Made by a program: the position numbers and the translations under genes. Positions 1 through 9,927 of a stretch of DNA of 64,000 nt are shown here, in pieces. The stretch is from Bacteroidales bacterium. Its GTDB lineage: Bacteria; Bacteroidota; Bacteroidia; Bacteroidales; VadinHA17. The stretch is from the NCBI GenBank assembly GCA_041686075.1, contig JAWLEO010000004.1:11006-75005 (forward strand), in the 5' to 3' direction. Within the stretch, counting starts at the first letter, position 1, and each line of letters begins with the position of its first letter. The notes beneath the pieces are model-generated. The model saw only the letters and a list, made by a program, of their open reading frames with translations. It did no database searches and was not told the DNA's origin.

Positions 1-391
1 GTGCCTTGGCCATACCGAGGGCAGCGGATATAGATGTTGATGCATGCCCTACCCCGAAGGCGTCATATTCACTTTCCTCCCGCTTTGGGAAACCGCTAAT
101 TCCCTTGTATTTACGATTCGTATGAAAGTTATCCCGCCTGCCTGTCAGTATTTTATGTCCATATGCCTGGTGGCCTACATCCCAGATAATTTTATCATAG
201 GGTGTATTATAAACATAATGCAGGGCAACAGTAAGCTCGACAACACCAAGGCTGGCCCCAAAGTGACCTGGATTACAACTTACCACGTCAATGATAAACT
301 GCCTGAGCTCCTTGCTTAGAACTATCAGGTCCTCGGGCTTCAGTTTCTTCAGATCGTCAGGAGAAGAAATAGTGTTAAGCAGGTTGTACAT
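1..391 (-). CDS. dxs: 1-deoxy-D-xylulose-5-phosphate synthase, N-terminal ~130 codons (gene continues past the window start)
   Basis: Absent from the ORF track because it runs off the edge. Reverse-strand translation from the ATG at complement 389-391 reads [88 protein letters not shown], the canonical DXS N-terminus. Confidence 0.92.
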   Translation of the reverse strand, partial: MYNLLNTISSPDDLKKLKPEDLIVLSKELRQFIIDVVSCNPGHFGASLGVVELTVALHYVYNTPYDKIIWDVGHQAYGHKILTGRRDNFHTNRKYKGISGFPKREESEYDAFGVGHASTSISAALGMAKA

Positions 392-527
392 TTTATCCGT
401 CAAATATTATAAAGCTTATTACAAAGATAAAAATAATATTGCTATATGTCTTTGCATGTTGATACATCGAATTTGTTATTTTTGTAGATTAACGAAATTC
501 AGACTTTTTTGTTTAAAGCTACCTGTT

Positions 528-1541
528 ATGAGTAATATAAAATTCTTATTAATAATCTGTTTATCAGTTTTTTTAACAATAGTATCCTGTGTTCCCGGTG
601 GTAGGTACAGGACATTGCACGATAAGAGTGTCCAGTACATGAATGAGAGGGATAATTTGAAAACTGAAAACCTTGACCTGTCTATGAGGAACAGGGAGAT
701 GGCTGCTCAACTTGAATCACTTAAGGAGGACCTGGAAGGTATGGAAGATGAGAGAGAAGAACTCCAGGCAGAAGTTGACAGGGCAAGGGCTCAATACAGT
801 GACATTAACAACAGGTACACTGAACTGCAAAAGGCTCAGGAGGACCTTATAAGGGGTAATGTTGCTGAAACCAGGCGTTTGCTCCGCGAACTGCAGGAGG
901 CCCAGGAAAACCTCCAGAACAAGGAAAACCTTATGAAGCAACTGGAGATGAATATGGAGGCTAAAAGAGCGTCCCTGGACGAGTTGTCATACGAACTGGA
1001 ACAAAGGAATGCAAGGCTCACGGAGCTGGAACAGATACTTGAGGAACAAACCAGGATTGTCAAGGACCTGAAGACCAAGGTGTCGGATGCATTATATGGT
1101 TTTGAAGGCGAAGGATTAACGGTATCAATGAAGAACGGTAAGGTATACGTTTCACTTGAGGAAAAACTGCTGTTCCGGACAGGCAGTTACAACATTGACG
1201 CCAATGGCCGTAATGCACTGAGAAAACTGGCCACTGTATTGAAGAACAATCCTGATATACAGATAACTATTGAAGGACATACCGATGACGTACCATATAT
1301 TTCATCAGGTGGCCCCATCCAGGATAACTGGGATTTAAGTGTGAAAAGGGCAACAACCGTTGTCAGGACATTGCTTGACGGCTCGGGTATTAATCCTGCA
1401 AGGCTGACAGCTGCCGGAAGGGGAGAACATTTACCTGTTGATGATAATAAGACTGCCGAGGCAAGAAGGAGAAACAGGCGTACCGAAATTATACTGACTC
1501 CCGACCTGAGTGAGCTTTACAGGGTTATTGAGAGTTATTAG
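528..1541 (+). CDS. OmpA/MotB-family lipoprotein with long coiled-coil segment
   Basis: ORF 291..1541. The internal ATG at 528 gives MSNIKFLLIICLSVFLTIVSC, a lipoprotein-type signal. A heptad-like E/L/Q/R-rich region follows, then an OmpA_C-like domain (TIEGHTDDVPY, NWDLSVKRA, NRRTEIIL). Confidence 0.85.
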   Translation: MSNIKFLLIICLSVFLTIVSCVPGGRYRTLHDKSVQYMNERDNLKTENLDLSMRNREMAAQLESLKEDLEGMEDEREELQAEVDRARAQYSDINNRYTELQKAQEDLIRGNVAETRRLLRELQEAQENLQNKENLMKQLEMNMEAKRASLDELSYELEQRNARLTELEQILEEQTRIVKDLKTKVSDALYGFEGEGLTVSMKNGKVYVSLEEKLLFRTGSYNIDANGRNALRKLATVLKNNPDIQITIEGHTDDVPYISSGGPIQDNWDLSVKRATTVVRTLLDGSGINPARLTAAGRGEHLPVDDNKTAEARRRNRRTEIILTPDLSELYRVIESY

Positions 1542-3063
1542 AAGTGTATTCGCCTAACCGGGCATTTATACGTGACAGGGCTTCCTTAATGCTTTCTTCA
1601 GGCCTGACATAATTATCAGTACCCCAGAATTCCCTGTCATAGCTGTTTATTGTTTCAGAAAAGATTGAATGCAGGGGTGCACGTTCCTCCCTTGCAAACC
1701 TTTGCACGTTTACAGTGTCAATATTGGTAATTGCCATTTCAAAGAAGATGGTGTAGGTATTGCCAAATATCCTGTTTTTCTTCCTGGCATAGAATTCAAG
1801 GTCACCCCTTACGTGGTTAAGATAATAGCGATTGTTAATATGACGGTAATTAATACGATACTGTGCTGACCTTATTTTTACATTAAAACCTTTGGCCGAA
1901 CGTTGAATAAAAGACCTGTCAAGTTTGTTAATGTAATCCTGGTTAATCTCAAAGTCAAAGGCATGAATGCCATAGTCTTGTGTGTTTATGTATATTACGC
2001 CTTCGGGCAGGGCTGTTTCATCAAGACCTTCTTTCTGTTCAAACTCAATAACAAAGGCAGCTTCATCGCCAATGTTTATAATGTTGGTCATCCTGTAATT
2101 GTAATCAGGAAAGCTTTCTTCCTTGAGAAAATCAAAGGTATTCTTCACACCATCGAGTAAAAGACATCCGTCCAGGCCCGACCTCAGCTTGAAAGTCAAT
2201 GTGTCTGACTGGTCGAGGTTATTTATTTTGCGACTTTTATAAATTTTTACCTGGTCATTAAACAGGGTGGCAGTGTATGAACTTTTATATAATTCGAGAA
2301 CTGCTTCCGAGTATTCCAGTAATTTCCTCTTCTTAGATACCGATTCGCGGTAGAAAGCAGTCATATGAGCAGGGTTGTTGCCATAGTTTTCGGGTATCCT
2401 TTCCTTTGCATTCCGGATCAGTTCAAGTGGATCCCTGTTTCTGATTATTACTTCAGGTATGGGAACATACATCCTGGTCAGGCTAATATTGAAGTAACTA
2501 TTAATCGCCTGCTTAACAGGGATCCTGCGACTGAAGAAGCCGAGGTAGGATACAACAAGTGTATCATCCAGGAAATCTTTGCTCAATTTAAGGTTATACT
2601 TCCCCTCATAATTTGACACAGTGCCTTTACCCTTTGACATTACACCTATTGTGGCATAAGGCAGGGGATCGCCACTGGCGGCATCTGTCACCTCACCTGA
2701 GAGCCTGTAAACGGCCTCCCTCCCTTCTTCCTTTATCAAAGGAGTGGAGTCACTGACTGACCGGTAGATTATTATGTGATTATCAATGATGGAATAATTC
2801 AGCATTTTGTCATAAAAGATGGTATCAAGAATATCCTTCAGGGATTCATTTTCCATCTTCAGCGTTATTATGCTTTCGGGTTCTATAAGGTCTGTGTCGT
2901 AGGTAAAATGGTAGCCAGTTTCCCGGGATACGGATTTTAAAATTGTTGAAATGCTGACATTATTAAGATTAAAAGAAAATGGAGTTTCAAGAACACTTTC
3001 CTGTGCGAAGGTAAAAGAAGGGCATGTTATAATGAGAATGAATATAACAAGCCTTTTTATCAT
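1525..3063 (-). CDS. secreted STN-domain + CarboxypepD_reg-like protein, lacks TonB-dependent plug/barrel
   Basis: ORF 1525..3096; likely start is MIKRLVIFILIITCPSFTFAQ (ATG at complement 3061-3063). An STN-like segment (NVSISTILKSVSRETGYHFTYDTDL..IIIY) is followed by a carboxypeptidase-regulatory-like segment (LSGEVTDAASGDPLPYATIGV..GTVSNYEGKYNL). The ~300-aa C-terminal domain is shared with 4601..5902. Confidence 0.7.
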   Translation of the reverse strand: MIKRLVIFILIITCPSFTFAQESVLETPFSFNLNNVSISTILKSVSRETGYHFTYDTDLIEPESIITLKMENESLKDILDTIFYDKMLNYSIIDNHIIIYRSVSDSTPLIKEEGREAVYRLSGEVTDAASGDPLPYATIGVMSKGKGTVSNYEGKYNLKLSKDFLDDTLVVSYLGFFSRRIPVKQAINSYFNISLTRMYVPIPEVIIRNRDPLELIRNAKERIPENYGNNPAHMTAFYRESVSKKRKLLEYSEAVLELYKSSYTATLFNDQVKIYKSRKINNLDQSDTLTFKLRSGLDGCLLLDGVKNTFDFLKEESFPDYNYRMTNIINIGDEAAFVIEFEQKEGLDETALPEGVIYINTQDYGIHAFDFEINQDYINKLDRSFIQRSAKGFNVKIRSAQYRINYRHINNRYYLNHVRGDLEFYARKKNRIFGNTYTIFFEMAITNIDTVNVQRFAREERAPLHSIFSETINSYDREFWGTDNYVRPEESIKEALSRINARLGEYTSNNSQ

Positions 3064-3111
3064 AGCATTATATTTGGCATAAGCTAATACATTCATGAAA
3101 TAATTTAACCT

Positions 3112-4053
3112 TTATTTTGTATCCAGGAAATAAATATTCCCCTCTTTATAATATTCAAGGTTAAAAGTAGTACAAATAATACGGATAATTGTTTCAGGTG
3201 ACTGCTTATCAAAAACAGATGTGACTCTCAGATTGTGTATTTCATCATTTTCAATTTCTATGTTGATATTATGAACTTTTTTCAGATCGGAAATCACTTT
3301 CTCCAGGCTATCACCTTCAAATACCAGTACATCGGTTTTCCAGGCCAGGTAGTTTGGGTCGGGGTTAATATTTTTTGAGGTGTGGTTGTCAATTATTGAT
3401 CCCAGATCTCCCGGTTCAAGTGTCACTGAATGGTTTTCTTTATTGCTGAGCCTGACCTTACCTTCAGTGACAAAAACCTCAACTTTGTTATTTTCTGTAT
3501 TTACGTTAAAGGATGTTCCGAGCACTGTAATGTCAGCTTTACCGGCATCAACGGTGAAGGGCCTGGTGGCATCATATTCAACATCAAAAAATGCTTCACC
3601 TTCCAGCTTCACCCGTCTTTCTTGATTGTCAAAGCGGTCAGGATATTCTATTCTCGAATTCCTGTTAAGAAATACCTTACTGCCATCAGGCAGATTAACA
3701 GGGACATTTTTTTGTTCTATTCCTGCACTTATAACATTCGTATTATTTTTTCCAAAGCCATTTGTTCCAATGTATATGCCTGCAAAGCCAAGCCCGACAA
3801 TCAGTATCACAGAAGCAGCTATTCTGAAAACAGTATTATTGAATATCTTCTTCCTCTTGATAAGATTATCTTCTTCAAACCTGTTATAAAGCTTGTTCCA
3901 TGCTTTATCGGTATCGACTTCGGTATTTTTCACTATTTCATCCATTTCCTTCCAGTATTTTTTAGCAGATTGGTTTTGTCCGGAGAGGAACTCATCAAGC
4001 ATAGTCCTTTCCCTATCTTCCATTTTGTCATTATTTTTTTCTCTTTTTCCCAT
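3112..4053 (-). CDS. FecR-family anti-sigma factor
   Basis: 313 aa with one central TM helix (VFRIAASVILIVGLGFAGIYI) and a periplasmic FecR-like beta-rich domain. The start lies 2 nt downstream of the ECF sigma stop. Confidence 0.8.
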   Translation of the reverse strand: MGKREKNNDKMEDRERTMLDEFLSGQNQSAKKYWKEMDEIVKNTEVDTDKAWNKLYNRFEEDNLIKRKKIFNNTVFRIAASVILIVGLGFAGIYIGTNGFGKNNTNVISAGIEQKNVPVNLPDGSKVFLNRNSRIEYPDRFDNQERRVKLEGEAFFDVEYDATRPFTVDAGKADITVLGTSFNVNTENNKVEVFVTEGKVRLSNKENHSVTLEPGDLGSIIDNHTSKNINPDPNYLAWKTDVLVFEGDSLEKVISDLKKVHNINIEIENDEIHNLRVTSVFDKQSPETIIRIICTTFNLEYYKEGNIYFLDTK

Positions 4054-4055
4054 TT

Positions 4056-4589
4056 TTACACTGAAAATTCTTTCCTGAATTCTTTTAACGCCTTACCCAT
4101 ATTTGCTTCAACCGTTTTTATTGAAATTGACAGTTGTTCGGCTATCTCGGCATATTTGAGACCGTCGAAACGGCTCATACAGAAAACTTTTGCACATCGT
4201 TCAGGTAGTTTCTCTATTATCCCGGCTACCTTTTCGTGCATCTCTTTATAGTAGATTTCATGCTCGGGGTCTGCACCGGTGCTTTTGACACTGTCCTTCA
4301 TTTCTTTTTCATGTTTCATTACAACTTTTTTGTGTTCGATAAAATGAAGACACCTGTTATATACAGACCGTAAAAGATAAGCATTCAGAGAACTATTAAT
4401 TTTTATCTTTTTCCTGTCACGCCATAATACATAGAAAAGTTCCTGGACTATCTCTTCAGATATATCCTTGTCTCTCAGTATTGATCTGGCATAATTAACC
4501 AGAGAATTATAGGAGGACCTGAAAAGATTCTCAAATTCCTTGATATCATCCTTTCTGATCCTCCTGATAATTTCTCTATCGGTTACCAT
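4056..4589 (-). CDS. ECF-type RNA polymerase sigma-70 factor
   Basis: 177 aa. Region-2-like FENLFRSSYNSLVNYARSIL and a region-4 HTH, LPERCAKVFCMSRFDGLKYAEIAEQLSISIKTVEANMGKALKEFR. Confidence 0.88.
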   Translation of the reverse strand: MVTDREIIRRIRKDDIKEFENLFRSSYNSLVNYARSILRDKDISEEIVQELFYVLWRDRKKIKINSSLNAYLLRSVYNRCLHFIEHKKVVMKHEKEMKDSVKSTGADPEHEIYYKEMHEKVAGIIEKLPERCAKVFCMSRFDGLKYAEIAEQLSISIKTVEANMGKALKEFRKEFSV

Positions 4590-4600
4590 ATACCTTTCAT

Positions 4601-5902
4601 CTAGTTATCAAATAAATCGCTCCACCTGAGCTTCCGGTTGAGTTTTCTTATTGCGGATTCTATACTCTGGTCGGGTTCAATAACATTGTACTCACCCCAG
4701 AAATCAGGATCTGCAAAAGCACTCAATTGTTCAGTAAAGATATCACCTTTTCTGATTTTTTCACGTGATGCAAATTTTATCACTTCCTCTTCAGTCCTGT
4801 CAGTAATAGCTATTTCTGACATTGTGGTGTAAGTTTTATTAAAGAGTTTTCTCTTCCAATTACACTTAAACTCCACTTCAGCACGTGCATATGCAAAGTA
4901 GTACTTACCATCCTGTTCACGGAACTTAACCCTGTAGCTTGCTGCTTCGGGAGTTACTTTCATCCCGAGTGGTTTTTTCCTCACGAAAATTGATGCTGCC
5001 AGGTCTTCATCTTCAAGATTAATGCTGAATTCCGCTTCAGTTATGGCATAAGTGTTCATCTCGACATAAAATTTTCCGAGGAATAAGGGTACTTCTACAT
5101 TTGGACGCTGCTTAAATTCAATTACATAATGAGGCTTTTCATCAATTGTTATGATATTGTCAAGTTTATATTCATATGAGTCCATGATATCATAAGTGAG
5201 TATCCCATATGTATTCTTGGCGATATCAAGCTGTAAAGTTGTAACCGGTCCACCCTGCAGCCGGAACAATACTGTGTCAATCTTTGAGACATCAATATTT
5301 TTCCTTCCTTTGTAGACTTTTGTTGCATCAAACCTGAAAACACTGTTATAGGGAGCTTTAAAGACTTCTATCACAGCTTCAGCTATTGATACGTAATTCC
5401 TGTTTTTCTTGATGGTTTCACGGTAGAAACCTGTCATAAGGTTAGGTACCAAGGCATAATTATCAGGTATATTACTTATTACCTTTTCAATGATTTCTGT
5501 AGGGACTACAGGTTTAACGGTAACTTCCTGTATGGGTATTGTTGCCTGCCTTAGCTCTATAACATTTTCTTCCTCACCGGTTGAGAGATTTACAAGGGGG
5601 ATCTCTTTATTCTTGTAACCTACATACGTTACCTCTATATAGGGATTTTCTACCTTAACGTCTATTTTAAGAAGAAAATCGCCGTCGAGGTTAGACACTG
5701 TTGCCACATTTGTACCTTTCAGGGCAACGGTTGCAAATATCAGGGGGTCACCTGTTTCGTAATCCACTATCTTACCCCTGATTGTAGTAAAAGGTTGTTG
5801 ATCCTGGTCTGATATCTGAGCTTTAACTTCTGCATTGGCACTGAAAGAAGAAATAATACCAAGGATCAAAACAATCATTGTAATATTGATAAATCTTTTC
5901 AT
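4601..5902 (-). CDS. secreted CarboxypepD_reg-like protein, paralog of 1525..3063 without the STN domain
   Basis: Signal peptide MKRFINITMIVLILGIISSFSANA, then IRGKIVDYETGDPLIFATVAL..TVSNLDGDFLL. It aligns with the other paralog by eye (MTGFYRETIKKNRNYVSIAEAVIEVFKAPY vs MTAFYRESVSKKRKLLEYSEAVLELYKSSY; FWGEYNVIEPDQSIESAI vs FWGTDNYVRPEESIKEAL). Confidence 0.7.
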   Translation of the reverse strand: MKRFINITMIVLILGIISSFSANAEVKAQISDQDQQPFTTIRGKIVDYETGDPLIFATVALKGTNVATVSNLDGDFLLKIDVKVENPYIEVTYVGYKNKEIPLVNLSTGEEENVIELRQATIPIQEVTVKPVVPTEIIEKVISNIPDNYALVPNLMTGFYRETIKKNRNYVSIAEAVIEVFKAPYNSVFRFDATKVYKGRKNIDVSKIDTVLFRLQGGPVTTLQLDIAKNTYGILTYDIMDSYEYKLDNIITIDEKPHYVIEFKQRPNVEVPLFLGKFYVEMNTYAITEAEFSINLEDEDLAASIFVRKKPLGMKVTPEAASYRVKFREQDGKYYFAYARAEVEFKCNWKRKLFNKTYTTMSEIAITDRTEEEVIKFASREKIRKGDIFTEQLSAFADPDFWGEYNVIEPDQSIESAIRKLNRKLRWSDLFDN

Positions 5903-6139
5903 GACTTTTAATTTTTTTTAAAATTTTTTAATGAATTCTCATTGTTCGTTTCTCACCTGTATGACCGGTAATATTGCTTTTACCCTATATAAAATATAAG
6001 CTTATTGTCATAGTAACTTTATAACAAGATAAATGCCTATTATGTTTTATTATAAAATAATAACGAATTTGCCCGTGACTTATCAGGCTGGGGAGGGTGT
6101 CATTAAAACACTCACCGGTATTCTTGAGGATGGAAGGTT

Positions 6140-6703
6140 TTACACAGTCATTATATCTGTTTCTTTTGCCTCAATTATCTCATCAACTTTTTTGACATAT
6201 TCATCGGTCAGTTCCTGGACATTATTTTCTGCATCTTTTTCCGCATCTTCTGAGAGGCCTTCCTGAAGGAGTTTTCTAAGTTCGTCATTGGCCCACTTAC
6301 GTGAATTACGTATACTTATTCTGGCTGATTCTCCTTCGTTTTTTACCATTTTAACAAGCTGCGACCTTCTTTCTTCAGTGAGAGGTGGAACATTAATCCT
6401 TATTACTTCACCATTATTGATGGGCGTAAGGCCGATGTTGGCAGCCAGGATAGCTTTTTCTATCGGGCCAAGCATTGTTTTTTCCCAGGGCTGTATGATT
6501 ATTGATTTGGCATCGGGGGTATTAATATTCGACACCTGGTTTAGAGGTGTATTAACACCATAATAATCGACTTTAATATCGTCCAGCAGGGAAGGTGTTG
6601 CTTTGCCAGCCCTTAGTTTTGACAGCTCGGTTTCAAGGTGCTTAATAGCTCCTTTCATCCTGTCAGTTGTTTCTTCCATTATGATTTCTATCTCTTCATT
6701 CAT
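6140..6703 (-). CDS. frr: ribosome recycling factor
   Basis: 187 aa, full-length RRF pattern (KLRAGKATPSLLD..VDYYG..TPL..PPLTEERR). Confidence 0.95.
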   Translation of the reverse strand: MNEEIEIIMEETTDRMKGAIKHLETELSKLRAGKATPSLLDDIKVDYYGVNTPLNQVSNINTPDAKSIIIQPWEKTMLGPIEKAILAANIGLTPINNGEVIRINVPPLTEERRSQLVKMVKNEGESARISIRNSRKWANDELRKLLQEGLSEDAEKDAENNVQELTDEYVKKVDEIIEAKETDIMTV

Positions 6704-6771
6704 ACCGGTAGTTTTAAATTATGACGATTTGCCAGTTAGCAAATTTAAAAAAAATCTGTAAAAACATAATT

Positions 6772-7482
6772 TCAGCCCTTATATACCAGTGTTCCCACTT
6801 TCTGTCCCCTGATGACCCTGGTAAGATTACCTGAAATATTCATGTCAAATACAACTATTGGTATATTGTTTTCACGGCACATGGTGAAAGCAGTCTGGTC
6901 CATTACCCTGAGTTGCCTGGATATCACTTCATCGAAAGAAATACGGTCAAATTTATAAGCCTCAGCCGACTTTTCAGGGTCATCGGAATATACACCATCA
7001 ACCCGTGTTCCTTTTAGCAGTGCGTCACAACCGGTCTCCACAGCCCTGAGTGCTGCTGCGGTATCGGTTGTAAAGAAGGGGTTGCCAGTGCCCCCGGCAA
7101 GAATGCATACACAGCCGTTTTTCATGTTACTTACCACCTTATCCCTCTTGTATAATTCTCCCACAGGTTCCATCCTGATTGAAGTGTATACCTTCGCACT
7201 GCAGTTCAATAATAGTAATTCACTTTCAAGCGCAAGACTGTTTATCACCGTAGCCAGCATACCCATCTGGTCACCTTTAAGCCTGTCAAAGCCTTGCGTG
7301 GTACCTGTTACACCCCTGAATATATTGCCACCCCCGATAACTATACCCATTTCGGTTCCTGAATCGACCACCTCCTTTATCTGCCCGGAATAATATTTGA
7401 GTTTTAAAGGGTCAATTCCGTAATTATCATCACTCTGAAGGGATTCGCCGCTAAGCTTAAGGAGTATTCTCTTATATTTCAT
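6772..7482 (-). CDS. pyrH: UMP kinase
   Basis: ORF 6772..7551. The conserved N-terminus MKYKRILLKLSGESL starts at complement 7480-7482. GGGNIFRG and the frr-pyrH synteny support the call. Confidence 0.93.
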   Translation of the reverse strand: MKYKRILLKLSGESLQSDDNYGIDPLKLKYYSGQIKEVVDSGTEMGIVIGGGNIFRGVTGTTQGFDRLKGDQMGMLATVINSLALESELLLLNCSAKVYTSIRMEPVGELYKRDKVVSNMKNGCVCILAGGTGNPFFTTDTAAALRAVETGCDALLKGTRVDGVYSDDPEKSAEAYKFDRISFDEVISRQLRVMDQTAFTMCRENNIPIVVFDMNISGNLTRVIRGQKVGTLVYKG

Positions 7483-7672
7483 CTTTTGTGAGGGTGTAAT
7501 TTTTATATTATTTATTAGCACCAGTACCGACCTTATAACTGGCAGTATCAAAAATAGTAATTTTACTTATATAAATATGAGTTCGAAAATATGGGTAAAA
7601 TGAAAAATTGTATTTCTTTGTAACAGGTTCAGGGGCTAAGTATTAAATATTTTTAGGATAATTTCAGAATCA

Positions 7673-9082
7673 ATGAAAAACACATACTTTAATCTGGTCG
7701 AACAAACTTACTATTTCCCTCAGGAGGGATTTGATTTGATTGACGACTACCTTACTTTCTATGGTGTTTCACTTAAGTACCTGATTCAAAAGCATGGTAC
7801 TCCTTTCAGGTTGATCTACCTGCCAAGGATAGGAGATCAAATAAAGAGAGCCAGGAACCTCTTTAACAGGGCAATAAAAAGCACCGATTACAATGGAGCC
7901 TACCATTTCTGCTATTGTACTAAATGTTGTCATTTCCATCATGTTGTAAGTGCTGCACTCAAACATAACGTTAATCTTGAAACTTCCTCTTCGTTCGACA
8001 TTGACCTTATTGAAAAATTATATATGAAAGGAGAGATTGATAAGAAAAGGATTATTATACATAATGGTTATAAAAGTCCCGAATACATAGGGAAGATATT
8101 GAGATTGCAGAAAAGTGGATTTATTAATTCTATAATCATCCTTGACAGCGAGGAAGAGCTTAGCCGTATAATGGACCAGGTAGGGGACACTAAAGTACAG
8201 GTTGGCATTCGTATGGCCATTGATGAGGAACCCCAATCGGCTTATTACACCTCAAGGCTGGGATTACCTTATTCTGATATAATAAATTTTTATGTTAACA
8301 AGATTAAGAATAATCCAAGGGTGGAAATGAAAATGCTGCATTTCTTCGTTGATTCAGGGATCAAGGACAGCCTGTACTACTGGGGTGAACTCCAGAAAGC
8401 GCTCAAGCTGTATGTTGATTTAAAAAAGGAATCAAAAAGCCTTGATTCAATAAATCTCGGCGGAGGTTTTCCTATAAGGAACCACCTTGGCTTTGAATAT
8501 GATTATGAATACATGATACTGGAAATAGTACGTAATATTAAAGAAACATGCACTAATGCAGCCATCAGGGATCCGGATATTTATACCGAATTTGGAAAGT
8601 ACACCGTGGGAGAAAGCGGGGCTATCATTTTCAAAGTTTTGGAACAAAAACAACAGAATGACAATGAACTGTGGTATATAGTTGATAACAGTCTTATGAA
8701 CACCATCCCCGATGCATGGTCCATGCATGAAAAATTCATACTTCTGCCGGTTAATAAATGGCATAATGAATATACACGGGTGAACATTGGTGGTATCAGT
8801 TGCGATCATTCGGATTACTATAATTCGGAAGACTTTAACCAGCAGATATTATTACCTAAATATAAAAAGGAAGAAAAGGAACCCCTTTATATCGGCTTTT
8901 TCCACACCGGTGCTTACCAGGATTCAATAAGTGGCTACGGGGGGATTAAACATTGCCTGATACCTGCACCCAAACATGTTATAATTGACAGGGACAGCAC
9001 AGGAAATTTCGTTGATTATGTTTACAGGAATGAACAATCAGTAGATGATATGCTGAATATTTTGGGTTATCTTAGCGTATAA
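7673..9082 (+). CDS. type III PLP-dependent decarboxylase, short arginine-decarboxylase-like
   Basis: 469 aa. Candidate PLP-lysine context YCTKCC, glycine loop NLGGGFPI, and GGISCDHSD (G-x-x-CD-x-x-D substrate loop of Orn/DAP/Arg decarboxylases). Its stop overlaps the start of the ureohydrolase gene (TAATG). Confidence 0.7.
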   Translation: MKNTYFNLVEQTYYFPQEGFDLIDDYLTFYGVSLKYLIQKHGTPFRLIYLPRIGDQIKRARNLFNRAIKSTDYNGAYHFCYCTKCCHFHHVVSAALKHNVNLETSSSFDIDLIEKLYMKGEIDKKRIIIHNGYKSPEYIGKILRLQKSGFINSIIILDSEEELSRIMDQVGDTKVQVGIRMAIDEEPQSAYYTSRLGLPYSDIINFYVNKIKNNPRVEMKMLHFFVDSGIKDSLYYWGELQKALKLYVDLKKESKSLDSINLGGGFPIRNHLGFEYDYEYMILEIVRNIKETCTNAAIRDPDIYTEFGKYTVGESGAIIFKVLEQKQQNDNELWYIVDNSLMNTIPDAWSMHEKFILLPVNKWHNEYTRVNIGGISCDHSDYYNSEDFNQQILLPKYKKEEKEPLYIGFFHTGAYQDSISGYGGIKHCLIPAPKHVIIDRDSTGNFVDYVYRNEQSVDDMLNILGYLSV

Positions 9083-9927
9083 TGAAAACATTTGGTAAGA
9101 TAGAGGAAAAATTTGCCGGCTTTGAAAGTTCGGATATTTTATTGCAGTCTTTACCTTACGATGGTACCACCACCTGGGGTAAGGGCTCTGACAGAGCATT
9201 TCAAGCTTTCCTGGAGGCGTCAAACCATCTCGAGCTATACGATATTGAAACGGGGTCAGAAGTTTTCAGAAAGGGTATTCACATATTGCCGGAGATAGCC
9301 CTGGAAGGTAATCCTGAAGAGGTATCCATAAAAATATATGAACGAACAAAGCACCTGTTGGAAATTGATAAGTTGTTGACTTTTATAGGAGGAGAGCATT
9401 CTGTCAGTATTGGTATCATAAAGGCCTTCGCTGAGAAATTCAGTGGCCTGAGTGTTTTACAGTTGGATGCACATACCGATCTCAGGCCTGAATATATGGG
9501 TTCAGTATATAATCACGCCTGCGCCTTGCATGAGGCATCAAAAAACACCGATCTTATACAGGTGGGAATAAGAAGCATGGATATCAGTGAACTGGAGTAT
9601 TTTGACCGTTCGAAATGTATCTTCGCCGAAGAGATGCAGGATAATGATTACTGGGTTGAAAGGGTTGTTTCACTTTTAAATGATGATGTTTATATCACTG
9701 TGGACATGGATGTATTCGATCCTTCCGTCATGCCTGCAACAGGTACACCGGAACCGGGTGGTATGACATGGTACCAGGTTCTTAAGCTCTTGAAGAAAGT
9801 ATTTACAGCGAGCAATGTCAGGGGATTCGATATCGTGGAACTTGCGCCAATGGAAAGCATGAAGGCCCCGGCTTTCATGATGGTTAAATTATATTATAAA
9901 ATGTTAAGCTATAAATACTATGGCTAA
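9082..9927 (+). CDS. speB: agmatinase (ureohydrolase family)
   Basis: 281 aa. Mn-binding ureohydrolase motifs GGEHSVS, LDAHTDL, DMDVFDPS. Sits between the decarboxylase and the DHS-like gene. Confidence 0.8.
   Translation: MKTFGKIEEKFAGFESSDILLQSLPYDGTTTWGKGSDRAFQAFLEASNHLELYDIETGSEVFRKGIHILPEIALEGNPEEVSIKIYERTKHLLEIDKLLTFIGGEHSVSIGIIKAFAEKFSGLSVLQLDAHTDLRPEYMGSVYNHACALHEASKNTDLIQVGIRSMDISELEYFDRSKCIFAEEMQDNDYWVERVVSLLNDDVYITVDMDVFDPSVMPATGTPEPGGMTWYQVLKLLKKVFTASNVRGFDIVELAPMESMKAPAFMMVKLYYKMLSYKYYG

Noticed and set aside
44-527. Plus-strand ORF 44..319 and the 5' extension (291..527) of ORF 291..1541
   Set aside because: They lie antisense to, or overlap, the clearly coding dxs N-terminus (complement 1..391) and the AT-rich divergent promoter region. 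The sequences have no domain-like features. The real OmpA-like start is the signal-peptide Met at 528.
3430-4251. 273-aa plus-strand ORF, the longest antisense ORF in the window
   Set aside because: It is fully antisense to the FecR and ECF sigma genes, which have clear family motifs. It is rich in F/I/S/L, as expected for the antisense of AT-rich coding DNA.
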